Shown here piece after piece: positions 13,687-25,828 of a stretch of 55,297 bases of DNA. This DNA comes from Octopus bimaculoides (Eukaryota). The position numbers and the translations under genes are program-made. The stretch covers positions 104,405,411 to 104,460,707 of the forward strand of contig NC_068982.1 in NCBI RefSeq assembly GCF_001194135.2, read 5' to 3'. How positions within the stretch are numbered: the stretch's first letter is position 1; every line of letters begins with the position of its first letter. Under the pieces are notes generated by a model. The model searched no databases. It was not told the origin of the DNA and was given only the letters and a program-made list of their open reading frames with translations.

Positions 13687-13839
13687 ATTCAGCAGGCAGA
13701 TGCATGTTTGGTGCTAGCAAATAAATACTGTGATGATCCTGACCAAGAAGATGCTGCAAACATCATGAGAGTAATCTCAATCAAGAATTATCATTCGGAG
13801 ATTAAAGTTATTGTCCAGCTGTTGCAGTATCACAACAAG
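13687..13839 (+). CDS. slo: Slo1/BK exon, RCK1 ([51 protein letters not shown])
   Basis: Acceptor tttcAG and donor AAG|GTaatc; 153 nt, phase 0-0. Near-identical to the [31 protein letters not shown] motif. Confidence 0.98.
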
Positions 13840-14139
13840 GTAATCCATCTTCCAATCAAGCATATCAATCATCATTACTGTTGTCATCTTCGTCATCGTT
13901 GTCATCATCATCATCATTTTATATCATTCTCTACTGGGATGGGTTGGATAGGTTGTCATGGTCTAAATTAGTTGTTGGTCAAGTATAATTATGGCTTTGC
14001 TTTGGGCCTCAACTTCTGTTGAAGCTATAGGGGTTTGGTCATGACATACATTTCTTGAGGAATTTGAAACTTAGCAGGGCCCATCCCTCACCAACCAATT
14101 TCTTCCAGAAAGTGAGACAGGTACACAAAAAGAAAAAGG

Positions 14140-14270
14140 ACTGATACTTATCAACCCTGAAAAGATGAATGACAAAGTTGGCTACAGTAGTATTTGAACT
14201 CATAGCACAGAGAGTTAGAACGAATCCTGCTAGGCAATCTATCCAACATTCTGTTGACTCTGCCAGTTTA
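14140..14270 (-). mobile_element. SINE family B partial copy
   Basis: ATACTTATCAACCCTGAAAAGATGAATGACAAAG..TATTTGAACTC..GACTCTGCCAGTT. Confidence 0.6.
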
Positions 14271-15053
14271 TTTTTGTTTTCTAAGTGCAACATCTTAATC
14301 ACTCAGGTACCCACCAGCCTCTGATGAGTGTCTTTAATCTATATTTCTGACTTTGAGAAACAAAAGCTCAGTAAGTTTTCACAGGTGTTAAATTTGGAAC
14401 CATGAAACTTTGTTTGACTAAAATGATTGGTCCCTCTTTTGTTTCAACCCTTGTTGCATCGATGTAACATCACCAATCTTAGTCTTTCCTGTCGTTATTG
14501 CCACAGGAAGTGCTCTGATGGACTTTCTCTCGTAATTCCAGATGACCTTGTGCCATCTTGCCTGGCTCAAAATTTACACCACCTTCATTCACATGTTACT
14601 GTACTTCCACAAATAAGGAAGTTTTTCTACTGTTGTCGCTTTTTCCTCAAACTTCTTAGCTTTGGAACTCTCATCCATCTCATTGTTTTCCTCCTTCTTC
14701 TGATATGAACTCTTTCAAATCTAAAGTAAATTTATTACTTTTGTCTTAATTTCACCTTCTTTAACAGTCCCTTACACTAAGTGGCTACTCTGTTTGAGAC
14801 TTTCTGGAAAAAAAAAGAAAAGAATTTCTATTGAAATTGACATTTCCAAATGTTTATCTCTGGGTCAATGTGCACCTATAAGAAAGAGTTAGAGTTAGTA
14901 CTGCTAAGTTCATGGGATGTAAGATTGCCAGTCACAGTATCCATGAGGCCAACGTCACATCATCAGATTACAATACATAAACAAAGGCACTGTTTTTTTT
15001 TTTTCAAGTGGTGTCAATACAAAGAAAAGGCACTGTGGCACTTCAAGACAAAT

Positions 15054-15056
<3 letters not shown>

Positions 15057-15092
<36 letters not shown>

Positions 15093-15161
15093 NNNNNNNN
15101 NNNNNNNNNNNNNNNNNNNNNNNNNNNNNNNNNNNNNNNNNNNNNNNNNNNNNNNNNNNNN

Positions 15162-15230
<69 letters not shown>
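15057..15230. repeat. (TC)n microsatellite interrupted by an assembly gap
   Basis: (TC)n on both sides of the N-run at 15093-15161. Confidence 0.98.
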
Positions 15231-15233
<3 letters not shown>

Positions 15234-15530
15234 TATTCTAGCTATAAATTTCAATTACAAGGCATTTGCTAGCTCAAGACTATCATAAAAGATGCCAAGA
15301 TACTGCTGAGTGAGATTGAATCTGAAATAAGTTCTTGTGAAATGAACTTCTTATCCACACAACACGCACCTAATTTGAATTCTTGACAACCTTTCACAAT
15401 TTGTTTGCATAAAAATTGTTACCTTCCCTGCTATATGTAATTGTTTCTTAAGGATGTTGGGGTGTGGGGTTAAATTTTCCAAATACTTTTAACTGAATAT
15501 CATTCTAATTTGTTTTTATATTTTCTACAG

Positions 15531-15686
15531 GCTTACCTGTTAAACATTCCCAGCTGGGATTGGAAACGTGGTGATGATGCCGTGTGTATTGCTGAGTTAA
15601 AGCTAGGGTTTATTGCTCAAAGTTGTTTGGCTCCTGGTTTCTCGACACTAATGGCTAATTTATTCACAATGAGGTCTTACAAACCA
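15531..15686 (+). CDS. slo: Slo1/BK exon, RCK1 ([52 protein letters not shown])
   Basis: Acceptor ttttctacAG and donor GTaagt; 156 nt, phase 0-0. Contains the conserved [13 protein letters not shown] and MRS (M513/R514 equivalents). Confidence 0.98.
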
Positions 15687-17798
15687 GTAAGTAGTTGACC
15701 TAATGATCCCAGTTTCGTTTAATTACTCATAAAATTATTTTGTATTTTACCTCAGGGTTACTTTTTTGTCTTTTACTCTGCAGTTTCTTACACACACATA
15801 TATGAACACACAGAAACATACACATAAATGTGTTGAAGGAAAGTGGTTCGAGACTGTTATTATTAACAAACAGTTACCAAAGAAGCAGATAATACAGTTC
15901 TATCACTTGAAAATAAAGATTATAACAAGACAAAATAACAATGAAGTACTGTATCTCCAGATTCATCAACTGCATCGTTTGAGAGCAATGTTTAAAATAA
16001 TAGACCAGCCCATGACTGAGATCTCCAAGTTAGAAAGAGAGAAATCAAACTGAAATTTGATATCTGATTCCATATTCTTTTTACAAATCTATATCTTAGA
16101 TTGTGTGCACTCCATACTAAATTTAGTATGACTAAATTAATCTGGAATCTTTCCTTTGCAGGACTGCATCATTCTGGAACCTAATACTCTTAGTCATATG
16201 TTGCCAGTAATCTCTTCTAATGCAATAAACTAACCCAGCTAACCTTATAATTCTATCTAACACCCTACACATCTTCCCTCCTAGAGAAATAAATAAACTT
16301 TGTAACTAGAAAAAAAAAAAAGAAACAATCAAAGAGAAAAAGGAAAGGTTATCAGGAAGCAATTTTTTTAATTTTTTTTTTTATTAAATTACTAAAACTT
16401 TTCTATTTGTTATAAAAATAAACTTTATCATAAAAACCAAATTCCTGAAAAGCTTCTGTCAGAAGCTGTTTACCTTACTTAGATCCAAATGTGAAGAAAT
16501 CAGGTGAAACTGAAGGTGTGTGGCATAAATTTAGATTAAGAGATGGCTAAAAAAACCTATCTGTAACAAACCTATTCTCCCAACTATTTCAGTTTTTGTT
16601 TATTATTTGTATTTGTAAGGAATGGGTGTACTTTGTTTTGTTTTGTTTTGTTTTTGTTTTTTGTTTTGTTTTCTTTTGTTTTTGTTTTGTTTTTTTGCAC
16701 TGGAAACTTGTAGGCTAGAATTGCAGAATATTTGATGAATAGTGATGGAAAAATCACTCAAACAGAAACTGTTCTGTGAAATGTAATAGTAAAAAGAATT
16801 AAGGAAAAGAAAAAAATGCTTATGAGTGTGTTTTGTATGCATAATTAAGGAAAGCACAATAAAAAAAAATAGTGTTGGTTAATAGACTTTTCAGTTGTGA
16901 ATATAATCATTCATATATTAATAGAATTCTTCTTCCAACCGAACAAGTTGTGTGTGCATGTGTGTCTGGAGAAAGAGAGAAAGAACATGTTACATAAGAA
17001 GCAATCATTGAAATAGATTTAAAAACATTATTCCTAAGCAATCGTTATTTAAGGTAAAAAAATAAAATATTTGGAAAGAAAATAATCTTTTGAAATGCTT
17101 AGAATGCTGTCTATGAACTATATATTTACATCCACAAAATGTTTAGTGTAATTTTTAATCTCTTTCATAGATATTAAGCTTGAGTTTTCTCTTTTTTAAA
17201 AGAAAGGAGATTGGGTCTTTGAAACATTCCTGTCTTTACCAGAGCTGTAGATGAAATGAAGCATTTCCAGTTGAGAATTGAAACTGAATTTGTTGAAAAC
17301 TTTCCCCATAGGGTGATATTTGTCATTCAGATTTGTAAGAAATAGGAATAGGATTATGTGACAGTCATGCTTTTATCAAAAACAAAATAAAGGCTAAAAT
17401 AGACATAAACAAGCAATTCAAACTGGATCACAGACTAAGTTTATCAGGAACTTAACTTCTTATCATACAGTACTTACCACATTATAATTGAATAGATGAA
17501 TGGTTAACAAGTTTAGTTAATGATCATTTGGTTTGTTATGTGTTCAAACTCAGTAACAGCCTTTTTGTTATTGTGTTTTTGTATTGGTTTACATTACTTG
17601 CTTCAATACTTTATTATCATGGTATGATTGCAATCAAGAACAATCTAGTCTGCCTGTCATATACTAAAATTATGATGAAACTTCAAATTAGCTGGTGGAA
17701 AAATTAATTTTAAATACCTATTTTTAGCAATAAGATTCCTATGATTAGTTAAAGGTCATTTACAATTATTGTTATTTTTACTACTACTACTAATTATT

Positions 17799-17831
<33 letters not shown>

Positions 17832-17832
<1 letters not shown>

Positions 17833-18443
17833 AGGCAGTGAGCTGGCAGAATCGTTAACACACAGGGCAAAATGCTTAGCAGCATTTTGTCTGTCTTTAC
17901 GTTTTGAGTTCAAATTCCACCAAGGTCAACATTGCCTTTCATCCTTTTAGAGGTGGGGGTCGATAAATTAAGTACCAGTGAAATACTGGAGTTGATGTAA
18001 TCAACTAGTCCCCCCACAAAAAAAAAAGATTTCTGGCCTTGTGCCTTTAGTAGAAAGGATTAAAGAAATCATTATTATTATTATTAAGGTGGTGAGCTGG
18101 CAGACTTGTTAGCACACCAGGCAAAATACTTAATGGCATTTCATTCATCATGTTTTGAGCTCAAATTCTGCCAAGCTCAGATTTACCTTTCACCCTTTTG
18201 GGGTTGATAAAATAAGTACCACTTGATCACTGGCATTGATGTAATCAACATACGCCACCCCACTGAAATTGCTGGCCATGTGTTATTATTATTATTATTC
18301 ACATTCTGAGTTCAAATTCCGCCAAGGTCGACTTTGCCCTTCATCCTTTCAGGGATCAATAAATTAAGTACCAGTTGCACTGAGATTGATGTAATTGGCT
18401 GGCACCCTCCCCTAAAATTCCCGGCCTTCTGCCAAAATTTGAA

Positions 18444-18482
<39 letters not shown>

Positions 18483-18970
18483 TAGTTTTATTTTTATAAC
18501 GTGCTTTCACTTCACTACCGAACGCAGTTCTGTGCGCCTTGGGTATGTGCTGTGGTTTGCTGTGATGCTCTTATGGTTATTGTATTGAAAGTGTTTTGCA
18601 TAGGATGTGTGCAGTGCTCAGTCGTGCAGTCTTCGGTATGTTATATATATTTGTAAGTCCTGGTGTTTTTGTTATGTATTTGTCTGAATATTTTTTTATT
18701 ATACCTAAGGTACATACTATGATAGGAATTATTATTATTATTATAATCCAAGAAAGCAGCATGCTGGCAGAATCACTTAGCAAGTCAGACAAAATACTTA
18801 GTATTTCTTCCAGCTCTTTACGTTCTGAGTTCAAATTCTGATGCAGCTGGCTTTGCCTTTCATCTTTTCAGGGTCAACAAAATAAGAACCAGTTGAACAC
18901 TTGGATTGATGTAATCATCTTAGCCCCTGTTCAAAAACTGCTGCACTTGAGCCAATATTTGAAACCATTA
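17832..18970 (+). mobile_element. Head-to-tail cluster of four SINE family B copies separated by (ATT)n
   Basis: Copies at about 17832-18061, 18087-18280, 18301-18445 (5' truncated) and 18750-18965, each showing the GAGTTCAAATTC and TTTGCCTTTCATCCTTT cores. Confidence 0.8.
18480..18729 (-). mobile_element. 5'-truncated R4/Dong-like (RLE-type) non-LTR retrotransposon 3' end
   Basis: The minus frame reads IPIIVCTLGIIKKYSDKYITKTPGLTNIYNIPKTARLSTAHILCKTLSIQ*. This fits the C-terminus of restriction-like-endonuclease elements (IPI..GALG...IQK.AL.GTA.ILR). It is followed by a short 3' UTR and has (TAA)n at both ends. Confidence 0.7.
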
Positions 18971-19269
18971 TTTTTAATCCAAGAAAAAGAGATCACACCC
19001 ATATTCTTTCATTAACCAACCTGTTTGACGTCTAACTGTTGTTGTGTAACCTTAAAGAAAAGAATAGGACAGAGATGAAATGAATTATTCTAAATTAGAA
19101 ATCAAACATCTGAGCAATAAGGATTATCTTGATAGTGACAATGTGGTAGTTCAGAATAGCTTATATTAGAAATATTATGATATGGTTTGATCTTAAATTG
19201 TATTTGTTTTTCCATATTTCTATAAAGTGCAACTCAGACAAAATAGGCACAGGTATAGCTGTATAGGTC

Positions 19270-19630
19270 CTGGCATAGCTGTGTGGTTAAGAAACTTGCT
19301 TTGCAGCCACATGGTTTAGGGTTCAGTCCCATCGTGCTGCTCCTATGCCTTGTAAATGAATGCCTTGTAAATGAATTTGGTAAGCAGAAACTGGGTGGAG
19401 GCTTGTTGTGTGTGTGTGTCTTTGTGTTTATGTTTCTCCTCTGCCACCTCTTGACAACCAATTTTAGTTTGTTTATATCCCTATTACATAGTGGTTCAGC
19501 AAAGGAAACCAATAGAATAAGTACCAGACTTATAATAGAGTGCTAGAGTCAATTTGTTTGACTTAACCCTTCAAGCCAGTGCCCCAGCATGGTCACTGTT
19601 CAATGACTAAAACAAGCGAAGGTAAAAGAT
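19270..19630 (+). mobile_element. SINE family A copy
   Basis: GCTGTGTGGTTAAGAAACTTGC...GGGTTCAGTCCCA head through CCCCAGCATGGTCAC..ATGACTAAAACAAG tail. Confidence 0.75.
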
Positions 19631-19959
19631 GACGATATTAGTTGTGAGTTCTTTTCTTTGTTTACTTATTCTGAAAGAATTGGAATTTTCACAAAATTCC
19701 AATTCCAGCCTTATTATGTTAGTAACATCTCATATAAGTAACTGTATGAACAGTCAGCTATGTGTACACTAAAATCTTATTCAGCAACACTAAACCATTA
19801 TTAGCACTATTGCCTCACTGAAAACGTGGTCTTTGAATCTATTTGTGTCACATGCTTGGAAACAATGTTGCTTGATTCTTCCTCTAAGCCTTCCTTTAAT
19901 CTGTAGGATAAAAATAAAAAATTATAGTTTACTTTTGTACATCAGAATATGTTGAAGCT

Positions 19960-20130
19960 GCATGGCCTAGTGGCTAGGATGTTGCATTTATGATTTCAAG
20001 ATCGTGGTTTCAATTCCAGGAGTAGGTGGTGTGTTGTGTTCTTGAGCAAAACACTTCATTTCACATTGCTCCAGTTCACTCAGTTGTAAATGAGTAACTC
20101 TACGACAGACTGGTGTCTTGTTCAAGGAAT
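19960..20130 (+). mobile_element. tRNA-derived SINE family C (CORE-like central domain), partial
   Basis: TGGCCTAGTGGCTAGG A box, GGTTTCAATTCC B box, then GTTCTTGAGCAAAACACTT...TGCTCCAGTTCACTCAGTTGTAAATGAG. Confidence 0.65.
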
Positions 20131-20597
20131 GTTATGCATTTGGTATCTTATATACCATGGAAAAACCAGGTAATCAGCCCTATGAATCCTAGAACTGAAA
20201 ACAGTACTTATTTACTTCACTTATGCAAAAATAAGGAACTTACAATGAAAGGTTTTAACTGTCTTAATGTTCATTGACTAAAACATCTGAAAATTTATTA
20301 TCATCATGAAGACTCTTTCCATGTTGGCATAATGAAACCTTATTAAAACAGATTTTCTATGACCAAATGCTCTTCCTGTCAACAACCCTTACTAGTTTTT
20401 TAAGTAACATATTTTTCATTCCAGCAAGAGCATACTGAACTACAGAGCCTTTGTGCATTGGAGAAAGTAAACAACATAACTGTCTTTCAGTTATTACACT
20501 GTTAAGTGATCACACACTGAGTTATTTATACATACACGCACATACAAGTGTTTGTTTGTACCAAAATCATTTGTTCTCTCTTTCTCACTTTTTTCAG

Positions 20598-20710
20598 TCT
20601 CCTGATATGGCGCAATGGCAGAATGATTACATGAGAGGTACTGCAATGGAAATGTACACAGAATATCTGTCCAGTTCATTTAGTGGGATGACATTTCCAG
20701 AAGCAGCAGA
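20598..20710 (+). CDS. slo: Slo1/BK exon, RCK1 ([37 protein letters not shown]|E)
   Basis: Acceptor ttttttcAG and donor GA|GTattt; 113 nt, phase 0-2. Contains EMYTEY (E535 equivalent). Homologous to the fly site-E exons. Confidence 0.96.
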
Positions 20711-21269
20711 GTATTTATAAACATTTTCTTTCGTTTTTAAGTCTTTATTTATTTTGCTATCACATTGTGTATGTTAGTTATTTATCAAATAACGTTGGCA
20801 ACAAATCATACTGTGAAGTAATGGTGTGAGGTAGTTAGTGGTGGTGATGGAGAGATCAAGTGAAAAGAGATGTACAGGTGATAGTGGTAATAGTGGGAGG
20901 GTTCAGCAACACAGTAAAATTTACCTAAATAAATGACTACAAAAAATATTTTTAGTGGGTCTACATATGTTACTGCCAAGGTGTTGAAATAATAGTGATA
21001 TCTGCTTGGCAACTAATGATGGGAATGTATATTTAATATGCTTGTTTGTGAATTTTTTTGTTTTGAGGTATATATTCTGAGTTGTCCTTCATTCTCATAA
21101 AGTTGGACAAGTTTGTAGATTCATGGTTTATGGTGATTGCTTATATTGATATTGGTTGATTTACTTCATAGGTAATCTTATTTGGCTTGTATAATACTTA
21201 GATAATGGTTTCTAGTTTTGGGAGGTTCTGTGGCATATATAATGTGTGCCTTAATAAAAATCATATATA

Positions 21270-21620
21270 GGTACAGATGTGATTGTGTGGGTAAGAAACT
21301 TATTTCCCAACCATATGGTCTTGGGTTCAAGCCCACTGCAAGGCACCTTGGGCAAGTGTCTTCTACTATAGCCCCAGGCTGACCAAAGCTTTTGTTGGTG
21401 GAAATTGAAAGAAGCTTATATATATATATATGGAATCATCATCATTTAACATCCATTTTCCATATGTGTCTCTGTGTGTATGCTTTGTGTTTGCATTGTG
21501 TTTGGCCCCTACCACCACTTGACAACCAGTGTTGGTTTGTTTACATCCCTTAGTGGTTCAGCAAAAGAGATCAGTAGAATATTACCTGACTTAAAATAAA
21601 TACTAGGATCAATTTGATTA
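21270..21620 (+). mobile_element. SINE family A copy
   Basis: GGCACCTTGGGCAAGTGTCTTCTACTATAGCC core and GACAACCAGTGTTGGTTTGTTTAC segment. Confidence 0.75.
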
Positions 21621-21644
21621 TATATATAAGAAATATAAGATATA

Positions 21645-21676
<32 letters not shown>

Positions 21677-21937
21677 AGAAAGAGCAGTAGTCAGGATTTG
21701 GATAAAAATTATATATTTGGCACTTTCATCTCTTTTGAGAGATTCATCATTAATGATGTGTTTATAGAAAATTCAAACCATTTATGTGTGTGTGAGAGAG
21801 AGTTAAAAGGTATGAATTTTCTATAAATATGTTATTTGTGTTGAATCTCTCAAGAGAGATGAAAGCACTAAATAAATAATGTTTTATCCAAAATCCTGAC
21901 TACACCACTTCATACAATCTACACACACACATATATG

Positions 21938-21981
<44 letters not shown>

Positions 21982-22004
21982 CACATATGTATCATATATG
22001 TATC

Positions 22005-22074
<70 letters not shown>

Positions 22075-22236
22075 ATAATCATCATTTAACCTCTTTCCAA
22101 GCTGATATGGGCTGGATTGTTCAGTAGGATCTGATGAGTCAGTAGATTGTGTTGGACACCAATGTTTGCTCTTTGCATGGCTTGTACAACTGGATACCCT
22201 TTATAAGCCAACCACTTTATAGTGTGTACTTGGCAC

Positions 22237-22269
<33 letters not shown>

Positions 22270-23919
22270 CATGTAATTCACATGACTAAAGAATCCTTTT
22301 GATTAACCTTTAGCACACTGTAGGCGCATCGTATCACCGCATGAGTCTTCTCCCCTGTAGTAACAAGGTAGTGGCAGGGGAAACAATTCTAGAGAAAATG
22401 CGGTGTGTGAAAGGTTAAGTGGGAGTATAAGAGAATTGTATGTGCTGTTATACTAGGTGTTGAGAGTTTAAAGTATGATAGAAGAGAGAGAAATAGGTTT
22501 CTTGCTGTAGAGGAGATGCATGGTTACCTCACATTATAAAAGGGTGGCTGCAAATAATGGAAGTGGAGCTGGAAAGAGAAATAAATTTGGTGATAGTGAG
22601 GTGTCAGATTGTGCCCTTGAGGTGCAACAAGATGACAAGTGTGAGGACAGGAGATTGACAGAAGTGAGTGGGTAAAGCTTGAAAGAATGTGGAAGTGTGT
22701 GGGGGAGTTAGAGATAGGAGAAAAGATTAATGTAGTAAATCTTGACCAAGGGTGGAGGGGTGGCCAATGATATGAGTTGTGGGGAAGATCATAAGAATGA
22801 GGTATTATTGAACTACTAACTACATAATCAGGAGTTCAAATCTTAATGAAGGTGTTTTAGTCTAATCTATTATTTTATAAATTTGTTTGGAAAAAATTTT
22901 GCCATGAAAGAAATTCCAGACGGAAGTTGTTATTAAGTGAAAGGATTGGTTAAAGTGTGTTATAGGGAATCTGGTAGGTAGACCAGAGTAGATATGAAGA
23001 TAGATAGGTATTTACTTGCACGTAAAGCCTGGAGGGAGTGGATGTAGATAGGATTTCAGAAGAGCAGAGGCTATTGTTATAGCGATAAAAAATTAAAAAG
23101 AATAAAGCTGTTAGCTGATGCTGATGTAATCATTGTACTCTAGGTCCTCCTTTTGCTAACCGCTGGTTATGTTACTCACTAAAATTAAAATGAGTCATCA
23201 TCATCTTCATCATCACTATCATCATCATTATTTTAGCATCCACTTTTCCATACTTGCATGGGTCGGATGGAATTTGTAGAGGCAGATTTTTTGTCAGCTG
23301 GATACCTTCCTTGCCACCAATCCTTACCTATTTCCATGCAAGGTAATATTTCCTTTTGTCCAGACATGTTTTCACAGAAGATTGGAAACAAAGGATATGG
23401 TTTGCATGGTGGTGACACTCATTTACAACTATCAAACTATGTCAATGCAAGGCAACAATAACACACATGCACACACACACACACACACCTAGATACACAC
23501 GCATACAGATACACATACTCATATACCTACATGTGTGTGTGTGTGCATAAAAGTAAAAACTTACTGCGATATATATATATATATAAATATATATACAGGT
23601 TAGGTTTGGTGATGCAAGCAGATAAATAGAACTCAAAACATGTGTACACATATATATATATATATATAAAAATTTAAGGAATGGAGAAAACGCATGTTAT
23701 AATTGCATACTTTATTCCTACATATTGTGTTCTTTGCTACATTGGTTTCTATTAACCCATTTATTCTATCCGAAGAATTATTATTCATTAAGATAGAAGA
23801 AATACATATAATTAAATATATATATATATATATATATATACATACATACATATTTTTTATTGATATTTACCAGAAGCAATGGAGTGACTCAAGGACCAAG
23901 TTTCATGCATTGGCATTTA

Positions 23920-24066
23920 TCAAATGCACAAACTCTCAGCCCTTGAGTCACTTAGGTCAGCCTGGAGTTATATTAAAAGACACTTACTTAAGGTACCATG
24001 CAGTGGGACTGAACTCAGAATCATGTGGTTGAGAAACAAACTTCTTACCACACTGCCACGCCTGTG
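23920..24066 (-). mobile_element. SINE family A head fragment
   Basis: CAGTGGGACTGAACTCAGAATCATGTGGTTG...CTTACCACACTGCCACGCC is the reverse complement of the family head. Confidence 0.7.
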
Positions 24067-24861
24067 TCCACAGGATGGAACATTTTTGTTACAGATGATG
24101 GAAAATATTTGCTTAAAAATTACTATAACAAACTTATTTCTTTTCTTTGAAGTACATTCACACATCATTTATATGCCAGAATTTTACATTTCTCAGTCAG
24201 TAATATTTACAGTAACCATTTCATTATAGAAAAATCTGCCTAAAAATATCAGTTATGGTGTTATGATGGTGTCATAATAGTTAGCTGTTAATGTCATTGT
24301 TAATTATAAATTATCTAAGCTTCATTAAATGTAGGCTAATTACAGGTACCATCTGTAACATCCAGTTCCAGAACAACTGTACAGTTTGTTTCATAATTCA
24401 TTTTTTTTTCAATGTATTTTATCTTTATAGTGTTCACTTTGTTCATTATAAGTTTATATATATNNNNNNNNNNNNNNNNNNNNNNNNNNNNNNNNNNNNN
24501 NNNNNNNNNNNNNNNNNNNNNNNNNNNNNNNNNNNNNNNNNNNNNNNNNNNNNNNNNNNNNNNNNNNNNNNNNNNNNTATATATATATATATATATGTAA
24601 TTACTGTAGGTTTGTTATGATGTAAGTTTAGATAAGCTAGGTGAAAACTAGTTAAAACTTTCTCTTCATGATGATGTTTGCAGTTATTGTTAGAAAGTGC
24701 AATGAGACTAGATCTAGAACTCACTTGGTAATTAAAACCAGATTAGAAATTAGTTGATAAAGCTAAAAGATTATATAGCTGGACATGCATCCTTCTTTGT
24801 TCAGCAGAATTTTCATTTCAACTCAACCAAATTAAAGTGACCACATTTGGGTTTTGTTATT

Positions 24862-24920
24862 ATCATCATCATCATCATCTTCATCATCATCATCATCATC
24901 ATCATCATCTTCATCATCAT
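24862..24920. repeat. (CAT)n trinucleotide repeat
   Basis: Direct inspection. Confidence 0.95.
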
Positions 24921-25740
24921 CCTGCTTCTGGAATAATAATTATTCCAAACAATTCATATTTACTGAAACAGGGAAATATACAAAAAGTTTGAGCAAGTGT
25001 CTTCCACTATAGCCCCAGGCCAACCAATGCCTATTAAGTGAATTTGGTAAATGGAAACTGTGTGGAAGCCCATCATATGTATCATCATCATCGTCGTTGT
25101 TATTGTCATTATTTAATGCCATGTTCCAAGATTGCATGGGTTGAACAGTTTGACAAGACCCAATGGGTTCTAAGACTGCATTGTATTTCAAAATCTGTTT
25201 TGGCATGGCTTCTACTCTTCCTTACTCCAACCACTTTACATCATGTTCCAGGTGCTTTTTTCATACCACCAGCTCTACTGAGGTTGTCATACAACTTGCA
25301 AGACTATGAACTCTGAAGGAGGAAGGGGAAATCAGATTAGGCTCAAGGATGAGAGGTTAGAGTATGAGAAAAGGGAACTAAGCAGAGCATGTTCTTGTGG
25401 AAGAGCTGTAATATGTGTGTCTGTGCTTGTGTCTCTGCAAATTAACAATTTAACAAAGGAGATCAATATAATAAGACTTAAAAATACTGGGATTGATTTA
25501 TTAGACTAAACCTTTCAAGATGGTGTTCCAGATTCAATGCAGTCCAATGACTGAAACAATTAGAAGATAAGATAGATTATAAAATTGGAAAGAGAAAATG
25601 GCCTTCAAATATTCTGTACTCAAGAACATGGAAGTAGTTTGTCGACCAGCTTACACTTGGATACTTTAACAATAAGAACAAACATTCAGTAATTTAGTAC
25701 CTCTAATTTATACCCAAGGATATATTACACAGATTTAGGG

Positions 25741-25828
25741 ACGAAGTTTGCATGCTGTGCAAACCTCATCCTTATCTTTTTGTAACGAAGTTTGCATACT
25801 GTGCAAACCTCATTCCTATCTCTTTGTA
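25741..25828. repeat. 44-bp tandem duplication, each unit with a GTTTGCA-N5-TGCAAAC hairpin
   Basis: ACGAAGTTTGCAT(G/A)CTGTGCAAACCTCAT at 25741 and 25785. Confidence 0.85.

Noticed and set aside
13804-13806. Lys (AAA) where fly and human have Arg, as a K>R editing candidate
   Set aside because: As I recall, Aplysia also has IKVIVQ, so Lys is probably the ancestral molluscan state.
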